Shown here in pieces: positions 38,802-52,435 of a stretch of DNA of 64,000 nt (position 1 is its first letter; each line of letters starts with the position of its first letter). The DNA is taken from assembly GCA_013265495.1 (NCBI GenBank), contig MU058384.1, positions 247,622 through 311,621 on the forward strand, read 5' to 3'. The translations under genes and the position numbers were made by a program. Source of the stretch: Vicugna vicugna (Eukaryota). The notes under the pieces are model-generated. The model did no database searches, had not been told where the DNA came from, and worked only from the letters and a program-made list of their open reading frames with translations.

Positions 38802-41439
38802 GCATGTTTTCAAACTAAAAGGAAACTGTGGAAGAAGCAAGATGAATAAAGCAGTGTAGAAATGGAGATAATTTTTTTAGCAAAGACAAAAAGGAGGTAG
38901 AGAGGTGTCAAGAGGCAGATTAGTGAGATAGAAACCTGAGAATCTATTAAATCTTATCATAACTGTTTTAGCAACGGTGGTTAACAGCCATCTCAAAACA
39001 GACTAAACTTCAATGGAACGTCTCAGGCTAATTTCCAACATTTCACAATGTACCCAAGAGTTTAGGCTCTAGACTCTCTAACTCATATGTAGATTCACCC
39101 ACAGGGAAATTTCTTTTGTCACTGAGGACCCCTCGTTTCCTTTCACATATATCCAACTCAAATAGATTATCATTACATACATAGCTTTGAGCAGGAAATA
39201 TGATCAATAGTAGGGAACTGACATTTTTAACAGTTACATATATTTACAGGTGAAAAATTAAAAATTTTTACAGATAACAAGAGAAGTGAGAAGTACTAAA
39301 GAAGCCAGAAAGAGAAGCAAACAGTAAATAATTTAAATAAATTGAGTGAGATTTGGCAATCTGTAAACCACCACCACCATCACAACAAATAGATTTCTAG
39401 GTATTTAGCAGAATTTAGAAGAGAGTCAGAAAACAATAGCCAAAGAGAGCAAACCACATGAAAAGTTTCAGGACGAAAATACTATAGCTTTGCATTTTGT
39501 TAGAAGAGGGTAAAGAGAAAAATCTATGGATCTGAACATTTGGGTCAGTATGAACCATTGCATGGGCCAGTACAGTATGAACCAGAACTTTTGTTCTCAG
39601 CAATGGGTTAAATGCTAGCTGAAGGGACTAATTTGGGAGCTGGACATAGTTGCACTCACGTACGCAGGTTTATCGCATCTCTCGTTTTAAGTCGTATCAT
39701 GCTATTCTTTTTGTCATTTGGATGATTTGGAAATTTTTGACTATGACTTAAGAGCTCCTAAAATCCCTTTCTTACTATAAATTCTGTATGCACAACTAAG
39801 ATGTTTTCTCCCTTTTTTACTTACTTTCCACACTGCTGATTCATGTTTACTGATCTATTAACTAGACAGATGTGCCATTGGTTTCTGAATAATTACTTTT
39901 GGAGAAAAAAAAATATTGTTTACAGAAAGGTTTGAGAAATATTTTCTGTCTTTTTAATTAATAGCAATTTGCATCAACCAGAAATTCCAAGTTCAGAGTT
40001 TTCTAACTTCTTCACTTCTATTCCCCTTCTGTTTCTTGTAGAATTTTGACCTCTCTGTCTTTTGCAGTTGATGATATTTAGATTTCAGAATGCACAAGAG
40101 GGTATTGTAATTCTCTGCAGGCAGCAAATCTCTAGACATTGATATGTGTGTCATTTCTCAAGACTCTCAGGCACAGCAGTGCTATAGTCTGGTAGCAGAT
40201 TATGAGGATCTAAAACAACTTCCCTTTCTGATTATTTTTTAAGTAAATACTTTAAATATGTTTATTTTTGTGTTAGAGGTTGCCTGTAGATGAACATATG
40301 TATATATTGCATTTGGAAAATGAACAAAAATACTTAGTCGATTCCAGCAGCAATTGAAATGGTGGATTCATATGTGGAATATTGAATTAAAGGGAAAAAA
40401 AAGCAAGCATCTGAGTATAAACATTGAAAATGGTGCAGAATGAAGAAAGCGGAGGTGGGGGTGCTAAAACAGACACTTGAGAAATTTTTCAAGCATGATT
40501 CTTTGTCTTCTTGAACTACGATTTAAAGGTTGCTTAGCAACAGTGGCAGTAACAGCTGGGACACCCTTGATCTTGTTGTGTAAACTATTAAAAATAGGTG
40601 ATGGAAAGTGGCACCATGGAAACAATGACTACATTGAAGCAGGTGTCTGTAATGCTGCTTTTCAGTTTAATGTTGGAGGTGTAAATTACAAAAAGAAAAC
40701 AAAATGACTGTATCTTTCATTTTCTTGGACTTTGGTAACAGATATATTTCCTGCTTTTTATATTTTTCTTAGAATTTCCCAAGCATGTTGGCTCAGTAAA
40801 TTGTTGATATTTTAACTGATTAGTTGATAATGTATTTAGATTTCCAAAACCATTTCAAAATAAAATAATTTCTAAAGCCATTTTCAAAAGATTCCATTTT
40901 TTAATAACCGAGTCCTTATGAAATCTAGATTCTAAGTCTCCACTTAAACATGCATCAACACAGTGTTATTTAATTGTCATTGTGCATACATCTTTTCAGG
41001 TCTCTCATTTATTAACATTACTTTTCAAAGGCTGATCACCTTGTACTTGTTTATTTTAGATGGGTAGGAATCACCCTTGAATAATCCCTGGATCTTGTAT
41101 ATGTTTTGAATAATAACAATATAAACTATACTCCTGTTGTCTGTTTCTCATGGATTTACTCTCTTATATTGATAAAGACAACAATAAACAATACCTCAGT
41201 TCTTCCTTTCAGATAGCTCTGTAGGATGCCAAACTCAATGATCTGGGCTGTCAGTGTAAACCTCAGTGCTGGTCAAAGTGGAGGGAGTGCCTTTCCAACC
41301 ATGTCACCTAAATCAAGCTTTTCCTGCCCTTCAAGTCAAGTTGTTTTTCCAGATACTCAATTGATGCACCATTAAAAGGAACAAATGTTAAGAGATTTCT
41401 ATTTAGAGCATTCATTAAATATTTAATAATTGGAAGGTC

Positions 41440-41590
41440 TGTAATACTATTTTTACTCTTATTTCACAGATAGGAGACTGATGACCAGAAAGATATTAAT
41501 CTTAATGATGAAGAGACTATAATTTGTTAGGTAATATATCTAATTAGGGACAAAACTGAGATTTGAACCAGAGCTCTTTCCACTATATTA
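41440..41590 (-). mobile_element. MIR fragment
   Basis: cttatttcacagataggagactga...gagatttgaaccagag. Confidence 0.55.
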
Positions 41591-41989
41591 AGATGCTAAA
41601 TTTAGCCCATGATACTAAAAATTTTTGAACTGTGGCAAGATTTGATTATTATTGAATAATATTTCAGTGATAATATGTTTCATGAGAATTTCTATTTATT
41701 TTAGTTTTGTGAACTCATGCATTGAGTGTCTTCATAAAATGCATAGAAAAATATGACATATAAATAAAGACTATTATGAAAATCATATCCTGTTCAAACA
41801 CAAGAGAATCCATTAGCACTAAATTGAAAATAAACAAAGCAGTGAGTGGTACTACTCTCTGGTCTTCTGAATTCCAAGTTTGGAAGCAGGCAGATGTGGC
41901 TGGGAGTTTGGATTCTGCAGAACAATGGGAAAAATAATTCTTCTATATGAGATGGGTGTTTGGAGCCATCCAAAAAGTCTGCTAAAAAG

Positions 41990-42450
41990 GGATGGAAATG
42001 ATAATTTCAGCAAAGTTACTAGATGGAATATTGCTACTTGAAATTCAGTAGTTTTCATTACAACACAATTTAAAAAATTAGCAACTGAAATAGAGTGTAT
42101 GAAAATCATATAGTTTTTAATAATAAAGCATAAGAATAGGGAGATAAATATAATATAATGTAAATATATTTCAACCCTGTGTAAAGAAAATGATCAAATA
42201 TTACTGAAGACCATTAAAAAGTCATAAATAAGTGGACAGAAAATAAGATTTTATCTGAAGTAAAATTCAGTACTATAAAAATTCCAAGTCTAAAATATTA
42301 GCCATAAATTAAATAGAATTCCAGTTAGCCTCTCGGTAGGATTTTTCCTGGAACTTGACAAGCTGACATTACTAAATCATACAGAAGAGGAAATGATCAC
42401 TAACTGCCAAGATGATTTTGGAAAAGGACGTGGTGTGTGTAATGACCCTG
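41990..42450 (+). mobile_element. Old L1 (L1ME-like) ORF2 RT fragment
   Basis: ttcagcaaagttactag..., taaataagtggacaga, ggaacttgacaagctgac. Confidence 0.7.
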
Positions 42451-43374
42451 CCTTATCCAGTAGCTAGGGAATTCTGATTTGACTCTTTTATCAAGAAAAG
42501 TGCACTATCAGAAAAATTATTTGATGGATGTATTTCTCAAATTAATTGATCTGAAAACTAGTCACTGAACCCATAATTTTATTTTTAAACTATTCATTGA
42601 AGTTGTCAGGGGAGTTAAATTTAAATACTTACACAGACTGGCTTGGCAAAATTTGTTAGCTCTCCTATTCTGTTGCTGTTTATTCCTGCTATATTTTAAA
42701 GAAGAATTTCAATGATCTTTTTTTCTAGACTAAAACTTATTTCAAAGGAAAAATTGGTAACAACAATGCATTCCTTCTGAATTGTTTTTGGAAAATGTTT
42801 GGGCATTACCCTGTCCTAATTGTGCAGTTGTTTCAGAGGAATCACTTTTGTTCTGTGTTACTGTTTTCCAAGGTAGCAGTCCTCTTCACTTGTGTAAATT
42901 TAAAGGGCATTTCCAACTGCTGCTTGTCTATTTCTCACATAGGCAGAATCTCTGTTGTTTAAGTCACCTAAGGAAATCAGGCTGGTCCTTTCTGATTAAC
43001 CCTTTATGAATGTATGATTCATTTGATATTTTAATATAAATAATGGAGTGTTTATTACTGAACTAATTATTTAATTCATCTAAGCTAAATTTATTTGTCT
43101 TCTAAAGGTCATCTCCGTGGAACCATGTTCTAATGTGCAAAATATGTAATGAAAAGTAACAAGTAAAGGAGAGAGATTGTGTCTTTCATTGTTAGAAATG
43201 TGTTTTAAAAATATCAGTGGCTCCTGTGATGGTCCACACATCCAGGTTGAATTTTTTCTTAGGTTTTAACTGCTATCAAATTGCTTAATTAAATGTTCGA
43301 GCAAAAATTCAAATTTTGGAGGGGGAATATTTTAGTTGTACGTAGTCGATGTAGAAATCTACCTTTGTGGGTGA

Positions 43375-43615
43375 ATCCTTTGTTACCTGGATTCAAGAAC
43401 CAGATTGGCTTGCTTTAAATCCTTGCTCCACCACTTATTAGCTGTGTGACATTGGGAAAATTTTTGTTCTTCCATTCTCTCATTGGTAACAGGAATGATA
43501 ATAATAGTAACTGCCTCACATGGTTCCTATGAGGGTTAAACGAGTTAGTAGGCATGAGCCTCCTAGAAGGAGTATCTGGCACAGCCCGCACTAGCTGGGT
43601 GTCAGCTGTGATGAT
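43375..43615 (+). mobile_element. MIR SINE
   Basis: aaatccttgctccaccacttattagctgtgtgacattggg...gataataatagtaactgcctcacatggtt...gagggttaaacgag...ctggcacag. Confidence 0.88.
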
Positions 43616-44084
43616 CTGGTTGACTGAGTTGATGATCCCACTCAGGCTCCAGGCATTTGGTTCAGAGGCACTTGAGATTTTTAGGATAAACAAATGAAGC
43701 CTAATGAAACAAAATCAGAACTTCTCTGTGGTCCAGATTCCAAATATTTATTTTATTGAAAAGGAGAACTCATCTTAGTCCAAAATACATGAGTACATTT
43801 TAGTCATGCCAAAGAAACCATTTTAAATTTAGCTTTTACCCTTTTAATTTGCTTAAAAGTCTATTGCTAATTTACATCAATTTTTTATCGCTGGAAAATT
43901 TCTAAACACATGTCAGCAGAAAATATATACACACATATGAGTGTATGTTTATAATTGTGTTTAGCTACACTCATGCCTCTGATATTTACACCAAGCTAAT
44001 TATTGGTAAACATACATACAAAATATTTTATGTATGTATTTGTAAAAAGGATGCTAAGAGAAAAAAATGCTATGTTTATATCTG

Positions 44085-44835
44085 ATTTTTTTAAAGTAAA
44101 ATTTTATGTGGAATTGCTACAGCCTGAAAGTTTGTATTCCCACCAAATTCAAATGTTGAAATCAAATGCTCAAAGTGATAGTATTAGAGTGTGGGGCCTC
44201 TGGGAGGTGATTAGGTCATGAAGGTAGAGTCTTCATGAATGGAATTAGTGCCTTTATGAAAGAGACCAGAGAAAGCTCCCTTGCCTCTTCAGTCATGTGA
44301 GATGACAGCTAGAAGGCAGCCATTTATGATCCAGGAAGCAGGTACTCATCAGACATAGAATAGGACAATATGGGCGCTCTGATCTTGGATTTCTCAGTCT
44401 CCAGAGCTGTGAGAAATACATTTCTGTTGTTATAAGCCCACCCAGTCTGTGGTATTTTGTCACAGCAGTGCAAATGGGCTAAGACAGGAATAATTTTAGA
44501 TTTAGAGGAAACTATAGCAAAGATAGTCAAAGAGTTTCCATATCCCTTCACTCAGTTTCCCTAATGTCAACTTCTTACATGACAATAACTGAAACTAAGA
44601 AGGTGGCATTGGTATATTACTGTTAACTAGCCTATCGGCTTTATTTGAATTTTCTGTTTTTCTACCAACGCCTTTTTTTCTGTTCAAAGATCCTAGCTAG
44701 GAACTCACACTGCATTTAGTCCTTATTTCTCCTTAGTCTCCTCAGATCTGTGACAGTTTCTCAGTTTTATTTTGTTTTCCTTTATAACTGACAGTTTTGA
44801 AGAGTACCGGCCAGGTATTCTATAGAATTTCCCAG
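44085..44835 (-). mobile_element. L1MC4-like 3' end, interrupted by MLT1A
   Basis: aattttatgtggaat|aattttagatttagagg...gagtttccatatcccttcactcagtttccct...ttttgaagagtaccggccaggta. Confidence 0.85.
44115..44486 (+). mobile_element. MaLR solo LTR (MLT1A-like), full length
   Basis: TG...CA ends with perfect 5-bp TSD ggaat (44110-44114 and 44487-44491). Confidence 0.95.
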
Positions 44836-44899
44836 CTCCAGAAGATATTTATCTGACTGTTGACACCATCAGTGCTTTTTATTTTCTTTCCAGCCTCTT

Positions 44900-45460
44900 T
44901 TGATTGTCTCTCTTGTATTTTAGTAATGAACTATCATTAAAACATGTAACTCTCAGAGTCATAATCTTGGCCAGACATCTCACTGCATGCCACAATGTCT
45001 TAGATCACCTTTGTTCTCTGGCTGTTCCTGTGGCATCCAGCTACATGCAGGGATAAGCAGTAGCCTCACAGCACCTCAACTTGGTCATGCTCTATTTCTT
45101 AGGGCTTCTGTACTGTGCGTGGGGAGTCTGCCAAGCTTGCTTGGCTATACTGGCACTCGTGCACAGCCTCACCTATACTTAACCAATTTGGGACAGGGTA
45201 TATGATGGGTATAAAACTCCCATCTTCCATGTTTCAGGCAGAAACTTCTCAAGTGTATTCTGTCTGAGTGCTTCATTATATTGTGTCCTACCCTATCTTA
45301 TCCATCCTATCCTATCCTATCCTATGCCGTGTTTATAGAAGGTTCAAGCCTGATGGACCAGAGTGGAAAGCAGTTCAGAAAACACTCGTAGTTTGACTTT
45401 TTGTTCTATACATTACTCTTTCCAGTTCTCTGCGTCCAGTTTCCTTGCTACAGGCCTTTT
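44900..45460 (+). mobile_element. Degenerate ERVL LTR (LTR16-group-like) containing a (CCTAT)n microsatellite at ~45287-45325
   Basis: aaccaatttgggacaggg...ggtataaaactccc...caggcagaaacttctcaagtgtattctg; cctatcctatcctat seen directly. Confidence 0.45.
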
Positions 45461-47814
45461 TTTTTCCTTCTGGGTGTAGAGGTAGTAATCCACGCTTTGA
45501 CACACTAAAATAGAATAATGATTAAACTGCGTGTGAGTTCATCAGACATTATGAATAGTATCATTGGTCAGTACTCATGTTATTTTTTCTAACATTTACT
45601 GCATCTGTTATGTAGATATAGGAGGATATATGGGAACAAGAAAAAAAAAGTCTGATGCCTTTTAACTTTATTCCCTTAAAGACTTACTTAGGAAACTGGA
45701 AAGATGAGAAATTTGACCAATGAAATTAATGAAGCACAATGAAGTCTCTTGAGCCCATAAAATTAGATAAAGTGAATTTGGAAGAAAAAAATCTCAGAAG
45801 ACATATTTATCTAAATTTTGAGCACTAAAATTAATCCACAAGGACAGAAAAACTGTAGATTAGGAAGACTGGTCTTCAATCTCTATTGTATTTTATATTT
45901 GCAGTATGAGACTGTTGGAGGAAATGGGGTCATAACAAAATATTCTGTCAGACACAGGCATCTTTGTCTTTTGCAATTGGAAGAACGAAGCAGTGGCACA
46001 AATAGGGATATGTATTGGAGCTTAGGTAAGTGATAGACAATTCTGAAGTATTTCCTATGCAAAAGAAAGTAACAAATGAGGGGCGGAACTTTTACCATTA
46101 TAATGACATCCAGTGCTCTTTCATTCATAGAAAACAACTTTCATACTCTGAATAAGGCACTGTGTTAGGTCCTGGGTAATTAAGGGTAGACAAAACACAT
46201 GTGGTCAATGAGATCATAAGCATACAATTGGTAAGGAAAGTGTATATTAAGCAATTGAAAAATCAAATAAGCAATACATATAAAATATGATACATGGATG
46301 AAGGAAACCATTGGTGTACTATAAAACAGGAAAATCTGTCTTGGTTCTTAAGAGTTAAAATTCAAGCTGACATCTGAAAAATAGTTGACTTCTCCAGGGA
46401 AAAACAAGACAAGGACCCCTGAAAATGAATAAAGGGAAAGTTGAGAAGTAAAGAGACACTGGAAAAAAATCCTTTTGTAATGAGTGGTTAGTAAAAATAC
46501 TATATAATTGCTGGAAAGTGTTGAGTTTATTCCAGATTGCTGAGATCTTTGGTGTTTTGTTTGATTTATAATAAATTTTGATCCCATTGATAGAATGAGA
46601 TGGTACATTTGCCGTGAAGAAAAGGAAACAGCAAATACTAGAAGTGCAAATGTATCTGTTAAATCCAATGATTGAAATAAATAAGTTTGCACAAAAGATA
46701 TTGGAGTTGTTTTCCTTAAGGAAAAGCAAACTTTTATAATAGGATTTATATATCAGTTAGCTTTGCCTCTGTAGAAGCTCCACTACGGTAGAGTAGCTTA
46801 TTGAATATTTGTAATATAAATATGATAAATATTTAGCAAAAGTTGTGTAAAATTTAGTAATTTAAAAAAATACAGTTTTTCTTCAGTGTGTAGCTTTCAG
46901 AAAGTGAAACACTATAGCAGAGTATTTATCCCATGATTTGTAATTCTATTAAGAATATTTATATATTCATCCATAAAGGCACACTTCCCATTAATATATT
47001 TGAAAGAATGGTTTGAGTTTTTACCTATATCAGAGTTATCCATTTGATAATGGCCTCTGTAAGTTTCATATTAAATTATTAAGTTAAATTATGTATATAC
47101 ATAATTTGGATTATTTGCTAATTTTATCACCTGCTCTAGAATGTGAGCTCTAAAGTTGAAACCTTATCTATTTTGTTCAATGCATCTCTCTAGTATCTTT
47201 AATAGAACTTTATAAATATCTATTGAAGAAATAAATGAAAACATTACTTTTTAAGATTTGGAATTGATTTAACAATAAATCATTCACAAATAGAATCAAA
47301 TATAAGTGCACATGTTAGCTTCAAAACAAATTCAATTTCAGAATTATGTTGGGAAAGAATGTGCACTTGTGACTTGAGAAAGGGTGCTTCATTTCCTGTC
47401 ACACAGTTAAACAAAGTTTGAAGACAAATGACAACCTTAAGGTCATTCAGCTTTAAGTGATAGGGTTAGGAGTGGAGTAGCCACAGAGTATTGTGTCATA
47501 GAGTAGGGTTCTTTCTATTTTTGATTCATCTTCATTCTGTGAATTGAGTTTATTTGGATCCCTGTGCAAACTTATATAAGAAAACTGCTGATTGTTTTCC
47601 TCAAGTAGATTTGAGGCTAGTTATTCTTTTATCCTTTCCCTTCTATGTTGCCTTTCCTAATTCATGAAGTTGCTGCATATTAAAGTTGTAATTATTATAA
47701 TTATTCTTCTCCTCTGAACTATCGTTACTATTCCCTTGATGACTGTTTCTTAATCAACAGGACGAGACTTGTCTAATAAACTTCGCTTCTTGACAATATT
47801 GTTAGGTTCTCAGT

Positions 47815-48050
47815 GGGGTGCATTACAGGGCTAAAATTGCAGGCTTTGGACACAGACTGCATGGATCCCACTCCTGGCTCTAGTTGTGCAACTTTCAGCA
47901 AATTATTAACCTATTTGAGCCTCAGGTAAAAGTAAGATAATAATAGTATATAGCTCACATGATTGTGATATGGACTATGTAAGATAATTCATCCTGAGCA
48001 CTAGATGAATTTCTGATGTGTAATAAGCACTACACATAATGTTAGAAATT
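47815..48050 (+). mobile_element. MIR SINE
   Basis: caggctttggacacagactgcatggatccc...aaattattaacctatttgagcctcag...gataataatagta...taataagcact. Confidence 0.8.
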
Positions 48051-48059
48051 AATAATTTA

Positions 48060-48380
48060 ATTCCCCAGGAATACTTCTCTGTTCTTCCAGCAAATAACTG
48101 TACTGTAAACTCTCAGAGCATAATATAGCTCTCTTTTATAACACATGTAATACTTTCACATTTATTTGGAGAATTTTTGTTAAGTTTTGGACACTTTTAA
48201 TACTGTAGTCTCCACAAGATTACTATGGCTTTTTGTCCTTTTTTTTTTTTCTTTGCTTATCATTATATACATGATAGCCATCACAATGCCCACCACATAG
48301 TACATACTCATTATATAAGTGTTGAATTAAGAAGTGAATGAAAAGATAGATGAGTGAATGAATGAATGGATGGGTGAACT
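48060..48380 (+). mobile_element. L2 3' end
   Basis: cacaatgcccaccacatagtacatactcattatataagtgttgaat...gaatgaatgaatgg tail. Confidence 0.7.
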
Positions 48381-51300
48381 TACATATTTGGTAGCATACT
48401 GTAATTGCACTGTTTTCCCTGTTCCACCTTACTAAGGCCAGCTTGTGCTGTACAAAGTGTCAGTTACTCCCTTTCCCCTCTTGGTCTCACCCTACTTCTA
48501 TTGTTCTGAATTTATTGTATTCAAATTCAGTTAAGAGTAAAAGGATGAATATTTTTTAATATTTTGATGTAGCTTTGAATCACAAATATGCACAATTTAC
48601 ATTCTCTCTAGAATCCAGTGCAAATGATATTTGATAAAAGCATATTCAATGAAGGCAATAAAAGCTATTTTTTCTTTGATCATTATAAACACAAGGAACC
48701 TTGGTGCTACTGAATCTATTCCTCAGAAATACTTTTTAGTAAATTGAGAGAAGATGTTCTCAGGGGACATTAATTTAATTGTAGACCAAATCTTAATTTT
48801 CAGACTTAAAGATGAGAAAATATACATTTCCTTTCTTTTATTTATTTTTGGCTGAATGGAATTCCTTAGGTTGAGTCACATTTCAATCAATTCTTAATAG
48901 GCTTTTAAAATCATTCTGTGTTTCTTGGTAGGTAGAAGTCCCTTAAGGACGTACTCTATTTTGAAAATCTAAAAATAAAATAAACAATGTGACATCATTA
49001 GACAGGTATTAATTGCTTCTTCTAGTTGAACAATAGTAAATACATGCGTCCTTTTAAAACTGAAGAAATGCATACTCAGTATTTAAACTTAACTACCCAT
49101 ATAATCTTAAATAGAATTAGTATGAAAATAAAAACAAACTGGAAAATTTCCTTAAGCTGTTTTAAAAAGTAGCATTTAAAACCCTCAAAGATTTTTTTCT
49201 TCCACGGAGAATTCATACATCAAAAACTTTAATATATTTTGGAATCGGAAAAATGGAAACATTTTAACTCCAAAATTATCTATAGATATTTATGATTCTT
49301 ATTATAAAAGAAAATATATTTGGATTTATTCAATTTAAAACATTAGAATAACTAATTATAGAAGTCAACCAGTAAAATAGATCAACCTGGTCGGTAATTC
49401 CTAATTTTTGTTGAGATACAGAACACTGTGAAATAGAGACTCAGCAACTGTCCTAAACAACTGACTACAAAAAGAATAGACATTAGGAGGATTTTACTTA
49501 GTAAAGCTTTTAAATGTTATCAATTTTCTTTTCTCCAAGTAAAAATTTTCAAGGCACTATGGTTTTACTCAAAGTTCTTTGAAATTCTAAGGGGCCATGT
49601 ATTACCAATTTTATTTTAATTGAGGATTAAGCTTATTCCAGATTACGGTAAAATAATTTGGGCTTACCTATTCATTTTATCTGGCCAACATTGCTGTGAA
49701 CAACAAAGTACAGAATAGAACAGTCTAAAATATTTAAAGACCAACTTTATTAATACAAATGAGAAAAGCATAAATGAAGATTAAAAAAAACAAAATTCAA
49801 TTGTTTACTAAAATAATTATTCATATCTTTTAGATTTCAATAGTAAAGATCTTCTTTTTGTCCAGAGCATTTCCATCATAGGATATATATGACTCCATCT
49901 TAATTATTTTTGCTTATTCTTAATAACATGTGACATATGGATTTTTCAAAACTTATTTAACTATTCTATTGAATGACACTCCTGCAGCTTTAGAATAGAA
50001 GGATATTTCTTTCATATGTTTATCAGCGAACTTGCTTTCATATGCAAGTAGGAGAAAAACGAGCACAAATTAGGAAAATTTATTTTCTCGTATAACTAGA
50101 AGCTCAGATATGCAGATTAACTGCATGATTCAATTAGTGCTCAGGCTTCATTCCTCTGGATTTTTCATGACTTATCTTCCTTGTGGCTTTCATCATGGAG
50201 CCATGATTCCTGACAACTACTGGAACAAGATGCATCATTATTTATGTCCAATAGGGCATCACCTTCAAAAATTCCTCACTCTAACCTAAAGTAGCTGCCC
50301 TTCAGGTTTGAATAGAGTCAGCTTCCCCTAATTCACATGACTTGCATAGATTTGATGTTGGAACAAGTATGTGATTCTTCTAGGAAAGATGATTGTGTGG
50401 GTAAACTCTAGAGAAACATCCCACGTAGGCCTGAACAGCAACAGCAGCTGCAGCAACAATGATGACAGCCTCAACCATGTCATCATCATTATGTTAAAAC
50501 TGTTTAGTTAAGTAGAAAATATAGGGCTGAATATCGTAATATTACCATTATCCTGTTAGAAACCGGATGGTGTACAGTATTGAAACTAGCATTTAGCATT
50601 GTTCTGGAAGTGCAAAGTAATATAATAAAATGTAAAATGAAAGTTAGTTAAACTATTTAAAAGAGGAGACAAATGCAGTCATGAATTGAAAGTTAAAATG
50701 ACCCGTGGAATTCTGAATATTCAGGGCAGTGATCGTCCTCTGGTCTTCACCCTTTCATTGTAGAGTCCACACCTCCACCTGCCCCCAGATCCTCTGTTCT
50801 CTAAGCTGACACTAGGGAACTGCAAGTGGACTTTTAGTGCACTTAGAGCTTCTGTTAATATGACCCTTCCTGATACTTCACATATCCATTGGCTGAAGTA
50901 GAAATAGTCCACTCAGTTCAGTGGGTTCCTGTATTTTAAAGTTTGTCATCTCACACAGAGAAATAAAAAATGGCCCACCACATCAAAAGCATTGCTTTTG
51001 AAGAACCCACATCTCACAGCCCCACACTCATATGCATTGATAATTATGAAAGAACCATGGGTTATTTTTGGAACTTGGAACTGCCATAATATCCTATAAC
51101 TCTAAACATTCTTCCTCCTGAATAATGTGGATCAGGCCCCAGGGAAAGGCTTCTTCATATTTCTTGCCCATCTTAGAAACAAATTGCAATGTCATCTAAA
51201 TGCTATGAAGTTTTGTGGATGATGCCTCCGGGAATCTTGAATATGGATGCTGACGTGAAGTGCAGGAAGAATTTGAACAGCAGAATTGCTTATGTAAGAA

Positions 51301-51843
51301 AAAAGATTAATTAACTTTCAAATCTTCTACTCAGCAAGAATGCAGTGGAGTCTTGTGTAAGGAAGTATTATTTCCAAATAGTGCTGAAAAGTTATTTTCT
51401 TATGCTATTCTGTTCCACTTATGGTGATAGAGGTAGTCACAAATTAATGAATTATTTGCAAATTAGTAAATGATTTCCAATAATTCGTGCATAAGAATTC
51501 TTTCACAATATGATTTCATATTACACACATTTATATATAGGAATCTAGATGAAACATCTGTAAAGCATGATTCTGATTCTTTCTATTGACAGCTAGATGA
51601 TTATCACCTGCTAGAAATGGTAATTTTTATAAATATATTCCATACATTTGAAGTAAAATATTTAAAAAAATTTAAAACCATTTTTATTAAATGATTTTGA
51701 TTTATAATTTTTATTCTTGATTTGTTTTTTCATCAGTCTTAATGGATAGTTTTAATATATTCAAAAATAGTTTTTGAAAGTATCTGAAATGTATTTTTAA
51801 AGTTTTACATTGTCACAATTTACATTTTTTGTGAAAGTATGTT

Positions 51844-52228
51844 GCTTTAGTCTGCTTGGACAGCTATTAAAAAATACCATAGACTGGGTGGTTAAACAAC
51901 AGAAATGTATTTTCTCATAGTTCTGGAAGTTGGAAGTTCAATGTCAAGAGTGTCAGCAGAGTCTGGTTTTGGTGAGATCTCTCTTCCTGATTTGCAGACA
52001 AGCTGCCTTTCAGCTGTTTCCTTATGTTGCCTTTCTTCAGTAGATGCTTATGGAGGGAGAGTGAGAGGTCTCTTCCTACAAGACTACTAATTATATCAGA
52101 TTAGGAGATGACTTTTATGACCTAATTTAACCTTAATAACTTCCTAAAAGCTTCATCTTCAAATACAGTCATTGAAGGTTAGGGCTTCAACACATGAATT
52201 TTAACAGGGACAATTCTGTCACTAGCAT
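51844..52228 (-). mobile_element. MaLR solo LTR (MLT1A/B-like)
   Basis: ttagtctgcttgg...aataccatagactgggtggttaaacaacagaaatgtattttctcatagttctgga...ggttagggcttcaacacatgaattt. Confidence 0.9.
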
Positions 52229-52435
52229 ATATTACTTCAGTCACTTTTGTTAGTAGTCACAGAACTTATGTGAATATTTGATTAGAAAAGCATGAGTAGT
52301 GATTTTTCTGGAATGAGGAAAATAAATTTATTAAAATTAATAATACAACAATGAAGGATATCTTCATTTTATTAATCATGCAGATATGTGCCATCAACTG
52401 AACAAAATCACAGAAAATAATTATGTTCTCTCATC

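Noticed and set aside
43608..43680. C/D-box snoRNA (GTGATGA...CTGA..TGATGA)
   Set aside because: There is no terminal D box (CTGA) or closing stem at a suitable distance, and the first motif overlaps the MIR tail.
50436..50490. Poly-glutamine-like cag/caa tract
   Set aside because: It is short and impure, with no splice sites or sustained ORF around it.
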